Below, piece by piece: positions 9,049-16,532 of a stretch of DNA of 64,000 bases. The number at the start of each line of letters is the position of its first letter. Position 1 is the first letter of the stretch. The position numbers were made by a program, and so were the translations under genes. Source of the stretch: Candidatus Culexmicrobium cathedralense (lineage in GTDB: Archaea > Thermoproteota > Methanomethylicia > Culexarchaeales > Culexmicrobiaceae). A model generated the notes under the pieces. The model did no database searches. It had not been told where the DNA came from and worked only from the letters and a program-made list of their open reading frames with translations. The stretch spans positions 128,001-192,000 of the forward strand of contig JANZKC010000002.1 of assembly GCA_025061115.1 (NCBI GenBank). Direction: 5' to 3'.

Positions 9049-10835
9049 GTAGGACCACCGGTTATTCCTAAGATTATGGTACCTATTATTGGAGATGCAA
9101 TTATTGTCATTAGTGAGATTGCTGTTAGCATGATTGCATGCTTAAATCCTGCTGCAACTGTGCCTGATGAGGTTTTCCCTGCAATTAATCCCATAAGGTA
9201 TACGTTTAGCACTGTTGCCGGCATGATCATCATGATTGCTGTTCTATATGCTGCAATTCCGTAGGCTAGGGAAGCCATGAATGATGTCATTAAAACTATG
9301 GTTGAAACTAGAGTTATGGCTCCAATGTAGGGGATGATTAGTAGAGTTCTCATCGTTGCAGATTTCTCCCTGTCAAGGTGCTCGGTGACCTCTGCGAACC
9401 AAGCCATGTTTTCTAGTGTATCGGGGCTTCCGCCCCCAATTTCAATTGCCTCGGTTAAGATGTATAGGAATGCTCTTGCCCTCCACGCCTTTACCTTCTT
9501 AATTAACTTTTCATATATCTTCGTTAGTGGAAGTCCAATTGCTAGTTGGCCGGCAACCTCCTTTAAGTATTTTGTGAAGACGCCGTAATCTCTTCCTGAT
9601 AGAGTTATTATGCATCTTTCGGGTGAAAGCCCAGTTTTCCTCACTTCAACTATGTCTCTAAGAAATCTGGTTACCCCCATAGCTATTTTTCTCTGCTTTC
9701 CAAGTATTAGGTGTTCATAAATTGCGGAGGGGATGGTGGAGAGGATTAAAGCAAGGGATAAACCTATACTTGAAGTATATGCGAGGTCAACTCCAAACAG
9801 CCCAGTGATATCTTCAACGATGCTGTGGAAAGGTGTGAAGACAATGTATAGGAAGTGGTTTCTAGGTAGGTAGAAGGGTATGACCATTGCGAGAATTAAG
9901 AAGAAACATAATGGAATGGATAAGCCGAAGTATATTATGTATGGGGACCACTCCATCCAAGGCTCCTTATATTGAATAAGATCTGCCAAATAAATTATTG
10001 CTCCAGATAAGAACGGCAGCAAAAGGTATGATAGGAAGAATAGGCTTGCACCTCCTAGGCCGGGTACATTTACAACTCCAATTGATAGGTTGATCAAGTA
10101 TATTGCATTTAATGCTAATAGTATTAGAAGGGCTGCGGCTAAATAGGATTCTAGAATTACAGCTAATCTTTCGCCTGCCGCTCTGATTTTCGTTACTAGG
10201 TTGCTGAATAAGTCTCTTGCCTTCTTATTTAGATAGTCAACAATGTCTCCTCCAGCTTTAATTGTGGCAGCATATCCTAAAACTAGGTCTTTTAGCATTG
10301 CACTTGGATTCCTTCTTGCTACATCCTCAAAGGCAGTTAGTGGATCCCACCCTATAGCGCGAACCATAACTGTAAATCTTAATGCTAATCTCGCGATTTT
10401 GTCGAATATCATGCTTGCAAAGCCCAGCCTTTCGAAGGCAACATACGGTGACATTCCTCCGGTAGCCATTACGCTGAGATATGCAACAGCATATGGAATT
10501 TCCTGCTCTAAAGCTGCGCTTCTACTTGCTCCAATGGATTTAGGCAAAACTAATCCCAAGAATACGAGTACAATTACTGGAATTACAGTGGCGATGAATG
10601 AGCATATGACGGTATATAATGGGTATAATCTAATGAAGATGAGCGATACCATGAATATGACGCTGCCGATAACCGTCATTGTGAAAATGAAGCCTGCAAG
10701 AGCTGCATAAACTTCATAGTGAATTCTCATTCCAGAAGATCTTACGTCATCTGGGATGTTGGGGTAAGTTTTTAATATTCCCTTCCCTATCCAATCGAAG
10801 TATTTGTACACAAAATCCATGAAACCCATGTTCAC
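9045..10835 (-). CDS. Type II secretion system F / TadC-ArlJ family pilus platform protein
   Basis: Two T2SSF repeats (EIPYAVAYLSVMATGG; FLRDIVEVRKTGLSP...EAIEIGGG) and multiple TM helices. Confidence 0.92.
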   Translation of the reverse strand: MNMGFMDFVYKYFDWIGKGILKTYPNIPDDVRSSGMRIHYEVYAALAGFIFTMTVIGSVIFMVSLIFIRLYPLYTVICSFIATVIPVIVLVFLGLVLPKSIGASRSAALEQEIPYAVAYLSVMATGGMSPYVAFERLGFASMIFDKIARLALRFTVMVRAIGWDPLTAFEDVARRNPSAMLKDLVLGYAATIKAGGDIVDYLNKKARDLFSNLVTKIRAAGERLAVILESYLAAALLILLALNAIYLINLSIGVVNVPGLGGASLFFLSYLLLPFLSGAIIYLADLIQYKEPWMEWSPYIIYFGLSIPLCFFLILAMVIPFYLPRNHFLYIVFTPFHSIVEDITGLFGVDLAYTSSIGLSLALILSTIPSAIYEHLILGKQRKIAMGVTRFLRDIVEVRKTGLSPERCIITLSGRDYGVFTKYLKEVAGQLAIGLPLTKIYEKLIKKVKAWRARAFLYILTEAIEIGGGSPDTLENMAWFAEVTEHLDREKSATMRTLLIIPYIGAITLVSTIVLMTSFMASLAYGIAAYRTAIMMIMPATVLNVYLMGLIAGKTSSGTVAAGFKHAIMLTAISLMTIIASPIIGTIILGITGGPT

Positions 10836-11004
10836 ACCATTAATTATAATTTTGTTCGTGTTCTTATCAACTAATTATTAGGCTTATCTGTCAAACTAAT
10901 ATAATTTATGGCATTAGAAGATCTTTCTCAACATATTATTATGCCTTAACACTTATGTTTTACATAATTATTATATTTAATTTTACTTTCTTAAACGTTT
11001 AATT

Positions 11005-11499
11005 TTATGGTAGGCAGATTATTGCCGATTTTGCTTTGCTTTGAGTGTAAAATCTGATTTCAATTATTTCTCCATGAGATAATCCGGATTCTTTGAATTT
11101 TATTAGTAGTATTAACTTGGCGTTTTCACCTGGATTGATAACTGTATTCTGAAATGAACATGCTGGTTTATCTTCTACTTTGACTAGGCATATTATGGAG
11201 GCGCCGTAGTTCCCTATTTCTTTTTTGTTAATGATAATGCCCGTTATTTCTGCTGGTGTTGTTCCGGTGCTTTTAATTGTAATCGTTACTTCCCAGAAGT
11301 TTGATAGTTCAATTTCTTGGGCGATTCCTTCGTTGGTTGAAATGGTGTATTTAATTGGGGAGGTATGCCAAATTACGTAGCTTGACATAATTTCTATGTT
11401 TTCAGATGCATAGGACTGGGTTGCGTATAGTGATAGGGCTATTGATATGAACGTCACTATGATTATCGGGATTGTGATGACTGCCTTATATGTAGGCAT
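11005..11499 (-). CDS. Pilin-domain paralog with short N-terminal anchor
   Basis: Shares IE....Y..W, INPGE, G.SHG..IE and C-terminal LP with the 1927-2487 pilin; possible KA|VI cleavage site. Confidence 0.7.
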   Translation of the reverse strand: MPTYKAVITIPIIIVTFISIALSLYATQSYASENIEIMSSYVIWHTSPIKYTISTNEGIAQEIELSNFWEVTITIKSTGTTPAEITGIIINKKEIGNYGASIICLVKVEDKPACSFQNTVINPGENAKLILLIKFKESGLSHGEIIEIRFYTQSKAKSAIICLP

Positions 11500-11635
11500 G
11501 TCGGCCCAGTATCGTTATTATGAGTCATGTATTAAAGATTTACTGTAGTTAAGATTTTAACTTATAATTTTATAGGTTAATTAATTAAAAGATTTTCATT
11601 ATGAAACTTGATTTATTTTATGTGGGGAAGGGGAG

Positions 11636-12124
11636 CTATGGTAGCATTATCATCGTTGAAATCTCTTTTCCTTGCAGATGTATTTTGATTTCAATTAATT
11701 TTCCATGTGTAAATTTTCCGCTTACCAGTGGAACTAATACTACAAGCTTTACCTTTTCTCCGGGATTTATGCTGGCTTTGAAAGTATTATAAACGGAGCA
11801 ATTATCTGATTTCATTGATAAGCATTTAACTACTTTTCCTACTTGTTCATTGTTTATCGTGACATCCATTATCTTGGTTGGTAGTTTTCCTTTATTCAGT
11901 ATAATTATTGTTATTTCCCAGAACTTGGACATTGTTATTTTTTGTACGCCGTAGATCGTTAAGTATTTGTATTCATGGGAGCCTTCATGCCATGTTACGA
12001 AGGTTGAGTTTATTTCTATTTGCATTAGTGGGAATGCGGGGGCGCTTATCATGGTTATGTACAGCGCTATTGCTATCAGGAATAGTATTGGCGTTATTAT
12101 GGGGAGTTTTCCGGAACTTGGCAT
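11636..12124 (-). CDS. Pilin-domain paralog lacking a canonical class III cleavage site
   Basis: Tandem paralog of 11005-11499 (WH...FWE(V/I)TI, INPGE, HG..IEI); no [KR][GA] motif before the helix. Confidence 0.7.
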   Translation of the reverse strand: MPSSGKLPIITPILFLIAIALYITMISAPAFPLMQIEINSTFVTWHEGSHEYKYLTIYGVQKITMSKFWEITIIILNKGKLPTKIMDVTINNEQVGKVVKCLSMKSDNCSVYNTFKASINPGEKVKLVVLVPLVSGKFTHGKLIEIKIHLQGKEISTMIMLP

Positions 12125-12277
12125 AATTGGTCAAATTTTAATAATGCGTTAATAGTTAAATTTATTTTTCTATTTAAAAAATTAGATTTTTTTATCTAAC
12201 ATATTAGATATATTAATTGATTATTTGGATAAGTATTTAAAGTTACTGTTGATGATATTTAATCAGGTTGGTGTTCC

Positions 12278-12580
12278 ATGCCTAAATGCCCCTATGCAAG
12301 GAAGCCTGCTAATGATACTTTGGGGTTTTACTTGTTTTGCGAGCGTTTGAAGCAAAATGTTTCGACTTCCATTTTTCCTTGCTATGGTGATTATGCTAAG
12401 TGTAGGTATTATGTTCCTCCTTTGACTGTTAAGCCTGAAGTGGCTGTTGGGAGGGGTAGGACTAATTGTTTGAAATGCGTTTTTTATTCTGAGGTTTCCA
12501 AGAGGTGTCTTAAGTTAAATGTGGAGGTTGTTAATCCAAATAAGCCTCCTTGTGAAGAGGTTGGCAGTGAAAATTCTTGA
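12278..12580 (+). CDS. Small Cys-rich hypothetical protein (putative metal binding)
   Basis: Eight Cys in two clusters (CPY..C..PC..C and CLKC..C..PC); ATG preceded by GGTTGGTG. Confidence 0.7.
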   Translation: MPKCPYARKPANDTLGFYLFCERLKQNVSTSIFPCYGDYAKCRYYVPPLTVKPEVAVGRGRTNCLKCVFYSEVSKRCLKLNVEVVNPNKPPCEEVGSENS

Positions 12581-12657
12581 TGTAGTTCATGTAATTAGAT
12601 ATTGAAAATTTTTCAACTGATTTTGATGCTTTGGGTTTGCCTTTAATGCTTTTTGTT

Positions 12658-13080
12658 TTAGCTTATTTTCATCATTATTTTTGTAGGTATGTCGTTTATT
12701 ATGGTTACAGCTAGATTTAATTCCGCATCTGCGGATAGTCCAAGCGATTCTAATGCTTTTTTGATTTTTTGTAGGACGATTAGTTTGTCATTTAGGTTTT
12801 TGATTACTTCTTCGATTGCATCTACTTCTTGTTTTGGCGATGGATTTACGATGAAGCTTAAGCCCATGATGTTAACTTCCTGTACTGATCCTAAATCTGT
12901 TTTTCTTCCTAGGAGCTTGCTTAGTGATTCGGATAGCTTCTTTATTTGCTCGATTTTCTTCTTTTGTTCTTCCAATCTTGCCATGTATTGTTCTAGGAGT
13001 GTTTTTATGTGCTCTATTTCGCTATCAATTGTGTTCATTAAGTCTGCAGGTGTTTTGAATATTTTTATTTCGGTTACCAA
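12658..13080 (-). CDS. Hypothetical coiled-coil protein
   Basis: Heptad-rich ORF. GGAGGT RBS before TTG at 13080 suggests this start rather than 13131. Confidence 0.7.
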   Translation of the reverse strand: MVTEIKIFKTPADLMNTIDSEIEHIKTLLEQYMARLEEQKKKIEQIKKLSESLSKLLGRKTDLGSVQEVNIMGLSFIVNPSPKQEVDAIEEVIKNLNDKLIVLQKIKKALESLGLSADAELNLAVTIINDIPTKIMMKIS

Positions 13081-13148
13081 TTCTTTACCTCCATTGAAGT
13101 GAAGGGGGACTTTATATTTAAGTGTTGTCATTATTTAATTATCTAGAT

Positions 13149-14636
13149 TTACTTGCTCGTTCTTCTTTGCTGTAGCCATTCTTTGAATGGTATGCTGAAG
13201 CGCTTTTCGACTTCCTCTCTGTGAATGTTGTTGTGTGTGCAGAATGGCCTTACAGTTCCATCTGGAAGCGCGTAGTGGATTACGCATCTTTGAACTCGCT
13301 GTAGGTCGAAGTTCCACACGTCCATGAAGTGCATGCATCCAATCATTATCACTTTTCTCATGAACTTCCCTAGTGCTTTGTAGCTTCCCTCCTTTATTAC
13401 TGGCCACACTAGGTCTTTGAGGAGCCCAAGCTTCACGTATCTTAGAGCTGCTATTGCCCTCATGTAAGCTCGCGTCTTCCTGCCTTTTGAAACGTCTTCA
13501 TATATTTTTTCCATTGCATCAAAGAACTTGTCTACATCTGCTAGCCTAGTTATTGGAAGCCATTCGCCCTTAGCTGTTTTTACTAGGAATGTTGCTACTC
13601 CGCAGAATGGGCTGGTTGTGAATTCAACGTACCTTCTACCTTTCAAAGCTCCAATTGCTCTTGATATTGGAACTACGCTTGGAACAGGCCTGAAATCCCA
13701 TCTAGTTATGAGCCCATTTGTCTGCTCCTCAACTAGCTTCATGAAGTCTGAAGTGTTTATCCTCATCTGCTCCCTTTCGAGCTTCGTTGCTCTTCCACTG
13801 AATGAAATTGGCTGAACGTTTACGCATCTTATTACATCCGAGTTTTCCATTGCAAATTTAATTATATCTCCAACTTGATGGTCATTAACACCCCTGCTCA
13901 GCGTTACGACAAGAACTATGCTATCATGACCAAGCTTCCTAGCATTTTCAATTACCTTCAGCTTCTTCTCGAACAGCGGAACGCCCCTCAGCTTAATGTA
14001 AATGTCATCTGTAACTCCATCGAATTGCAAGTATATTGTGCTCATTCCTGCGTCGAGAAGCTGCTTATAATAGTCCAAGTTTTCAGCTAGAACAAGCCCA
14101 TTCGTATTTACTTCTATGTGGTCAAACCCAACTTCCTTTGCCATCCTAATTATTTCTGGAAGATCATCCCTTACCGTTGGCTCTCCTCCGCTTAATTGAA
14201 TTGCTGGAGGAGGCACTGGCTTTATCGACCTTAAGGTTTTGAGCATTTTACCTATCTCATCGAGAGATGGCTCATATACGTATCCTGCAGCAGCCGCATT
14301 TGCGAAACATACGGGACATCGCATGTTGCATCTATTCGTTACGTCAATGATAGCTAAAACGGTGTGCGACTTATGGTTTGGGCATATGCCGCAGTCGAAT
14401 GGGCATCCTTTCTCCTCAGTAGTTATGGGATTTTCAATTCCTTCACCTTGATGAGCATACTTTTCAGCCCAAACGTAAAGGTCGTAATCTGAAAACGTAT
14501 ATGTCTCGTCGAAGTAGCCGTGGTCGGGGCATGTCCTCCTTATCCTCACAACCTTATTGTCGTCGACATAGACTTCTGCATCTAAAACCTTCAAGCAGAC
14601 AGGACACAAACTTTTGGTTTTCCTAAGCACCTGCAA
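13149..14636 (-). CDS. tes: Tetraether lipid synthase (GDGT-MAS, MJ0619-family radical SAM)
   Basis: N-terminal SLCPVC..CPDHG, CPFDCGICPNH, CNMRCPVC radical SAM motif, C-terminal MHFMDVWNFDLQRVQRCVIHY..PFC. TTG start after GGGTGG. Confidence 0.88.
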   Translation of the reverse strand: MQVLRKTKSLCPVCLKVLDAEVYVDDNKVVRIRRTCPDHGYFDETYTFSDYDLYVWAEKYAHQGEGIENPITTEEKGCPFDCGICPNHKSHTVLAIIDVTNRCNMRCPVCFANAAAAGYVYEPSLDEIGKMLKTLRSIKPVPPPAIQLSGGEPTVRDDLPEIIRMAKEVGFDHIEVNTNGLVLAENLDYYKQLLDAGMSTIYLQFDGVTDDIYIKLRGVPLFEKKLKVIENARKLGHDSIVLVVTLSRGVNDHQVGDIIKFAMENSDVIRCVNVQPISFSGRATKLEREQMRINTSDFMKLVEEQTNGLITRWDFRPVPSVVPISRAIGALKGRRYVEFTTSPFCGVATFLVKTAKGEWLPITRLADVDKFFDAMEKIYEDVSKGRKTRAYMRAIAALRYVKLGLLKDLVWPVIKEGSYKALGKFMRKVIMIGCMHFMDVWNFDLQRVQRCVIHYALPDGTVRPFCTHNNIHREEVEKRFSIPFKEWLQQRRTSK

Positions 14637-14719
14637 ATGTACCACCCTTAGTGGTAAGTATTTAAATCTAAATCCGAGATAGTATTTCAAGTTAATCCAA
14701 CAATTCACACGGTGAGAAG

Positions 14720-15469
14720 GTGGAGAGCTTAATTGGAGAATTGAGGAAGCTTGGCTTAACAAATTATGAAGCTAGAGCTTACATAACGCTCGTCGAGAGA
14801 GGAGCAATGACTGCTGGATCCCTAAGTAAAGCTTCCAAAATTCCCTACTCGAAGATATATGATGTTTTATCTAGACTTGAAGAGAAGGGTTGGATTATAA
14901 TTGAGAGGGGGAAGCCTAACAAGTATAAGGCTCGACCCCCATCAGAAGCTGCTAAAATGGCAATTAAAAGAATTGAAAGTGAGTTAAAGAAAGTTGAGAG
15001 AATAGTTGTGAGGGAACTTCAGCCACTTTACGAGAGAATTGGAGTTCAAGAGAAGCCTGAAGTCATAATTCTTCGCGGAGCTCCAATCATAGTTGAAAAG
15101 GCAGTCACAACTATTGAAAATGCTGCTAGAGAGCTTGAAGTTGCAATTCCAGGGGAGATGAGGGCTTTTCATCAGCAATTTAAGAGTAGCTTTGAAGGAG
15201 CAGTGTCCAGGGGAGTTAAAGTCAAGGTTTTAGCGAGCAAGGAGCATAGGGACCTCCTCGAACCTCTATTTAATCTTGGAGTTGAAATTGGCTTGAGAGA
15301 TAAATTGTTTGGAGGCGGACTAATAGCTGATGATGAGGAGGCGGTTATCCTTCTGAGTGGAGGAGCTTTAAGTCCACTTGCAATATGGTCGAATCATAGT
15401 GAGCTAGTTAAGTTGGCAAAAATATATTTTGAGTACTTGTGGAGGGATGCTGAAAAACTCACTGGCTAG
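14720..15469 (+). CDS. TrmB-family transcriptional regulator
   Basis: LGLTNYEARAYITL...IPYSKIYDVLSRLEEKGW winged HTH plus a C-terminal PLD-like effector domain. Confidence 0.92.
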   Translation: MESLIGELRKLGLTNYEARAYITLVERGAMTAGSLSKASKIPYSKIYDVLSRLEEKGWIIIERGKPNKYKARPPSEAAKMAIKRIESELKKVERIVVRELQPLYERIGVQEKPEVIILRGAPIIVEKAVTTIENAARELEVAIPGEMRAFHQQFKSSFEGAVSRGVKVKVLASKEHRDLLEPLFNLGVEIGLRDKLFGGGLIADDEEAVILLSGGALSPLAIWSNHSELVKLAKIYFEYLWRDAEKLTG

Positions 15470-16241
15470 GCGAGTGGGGCATCTCAACTTTTAACTGCTC
15501 AATGCCATTATCGGTAACTTTGAACGTGAACCACTTAGTTTCATGGGGCGCACCCTTCATCTTCCGAATCCTAAATTGCTTAACTAGAATGCCCTGATGC
15601 ATGAGCACGGGATCATACCTCAAATCTATAATGCCGTCAACCACATACTCTAATATCTGCTCGAAGTCGTCGAAAGGCTTGATGCCGAAGTGAAATGTTC
15701 CGAACACGGTTGCAAGCCTCTCCTTAGCAGCTTCCGCTCTCCAAGTCTTTATGGTTTCAAGCGCAATTGCAGATTCAGTTATGGATAGAAGTTCGGTTAG
15801 CGAATCTATGAAAACTGCGCCCTTCCCAACAATTCCCATTCTATCCATACTTGTTATGAAAATTTGGGTGAGCTGATGAAGATCCCTTGGATTTTCAACG
15901 TAAGTTACGTGCTTGGGAATCTTGGTTTTGTCTGGCTTCATTCGAAATGAAAAGCAGTCGATGAAACGCAGCAAATCCTCATCAGCATACTTGCTCAAAT
16001 CCCAGCCGAAGGCCATGGCATTCTGCTCAATGGCAATGGGAGCATCATCAAAGCACATGAATATGCACGGCTCCCCTCTCTTCAGCCTCTCATACATGAG
16101 CTGAAGAATGAAGACCGATTTTCCAGTTCCACCCTCCCCAACGATCATCACCATGTTATTTCTAGGAATGCCCCTAGGAAGCGCCGTATCCAACACTGGA
16201 ATGCCAGTCTTCACTTTAGCAACAGTTACTCGCCCCTTCAA
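15459..16241 (-). CDS. KaiC-like / RAD55 RecA-superfamily ATPase
   Basis: TGIPVLD, Walker A GEGGTGKS, IDSLT, VDGIIDL, IRKMKG. Confidence 0.9.
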   Translation of the reverse strand: MKGRVTVAKVKTGIPVLDTALPRGIPRNNMVMIVGEGGTGKSVFILQLMYERLKRGEPCIFMCFDDAPIAIEQNAMAFGWDLSKYADEDLLRFIDCFSFRMKPDKTKIPKHVTYVENPRDLHQLTQIFITSMDRMGIVGKGAVFIDSLTELLSITESAIALETIKTWRAEAAKERLATVFGTFHFGIKPFDDFEQILEYVVDGIIDLRYDPVLMHQGILVKQFRIRKMKGAPHETKWFTFKVTDNGIEQLKVEMPHSPSQ

Positions 16242-16348
16242 TCAATCACCACAATTCGTTATTGCACGTATAAGTTTAAAACTCTTCTTAGAACTGAAAC
16301 CGAAGGCTTCATTAAAATCTAAATATAATATAAAATCCAGGTGAAAAA

Positions 16349-16522
16349 TTGAGAGTCATCAGCATAAGGCTTCCAAGTGTCTACATAGAACTAATAGATG
16401 AGCTAGTTAGAATGGGAATCTACCCATCGAGAAGCGAAGTTATAAGAGTAGCTTTGAGAGATTTTTTAAGGCGAGAAATGAGCATGCAGAGAAGAGCACT
16501 GAGAATTTTAAGGGAGATTTAG
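16349..16522 (+). CDS. Ribbon-helix-helix (CopG/CdrS-like) transcription factor, 57 aa, not in ORF track
   Basis: Translation MRVISIRLPSVYIELIDELVRMGIYPSRSEVIRVALRDFLRRE...; AGGTGA RBS before TTG; ends 10 nt before lhr. Confidence 0.88.
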   Translation: MRVISIRLPSVYIELIDELVRMGIYPSRSEVIRVALRDFLRREMSMQRRALRILREI

Positions 16523-16532
16523 GGCGAAACTC

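Noticed and set aside
1927-10835. Archaellum (arl/fla) operon
   Set aside because: No recognisable ArlF/G/H cluster or chemotaxis genes. The pilins and the minor-pilin array fit a non-archaellum type IV pilus.
11721-11734. ORB-like sequence TTACCAGTGGAAC
   Set aside because: Single imperfect copy inside a coding region, with no cdc6 gene or G-string.
12658-13080. Possible arcadin or ESCRT-III-like identity of the coiled-coil protein
   Set aside because: Only a vague resemblance; no crenactin, Vps4 or CdvA nearby and no diagnostic motif I can verify.
14637-14762. N-terminal extension of the tes ORF (also the long upstream extensions of nuoL to 40341 and atpK to 43426)
   Set aside because: These extensions overlap divergent or adjacent genes and promoters; downstream starts have good RBS motifs and match family N-termini.
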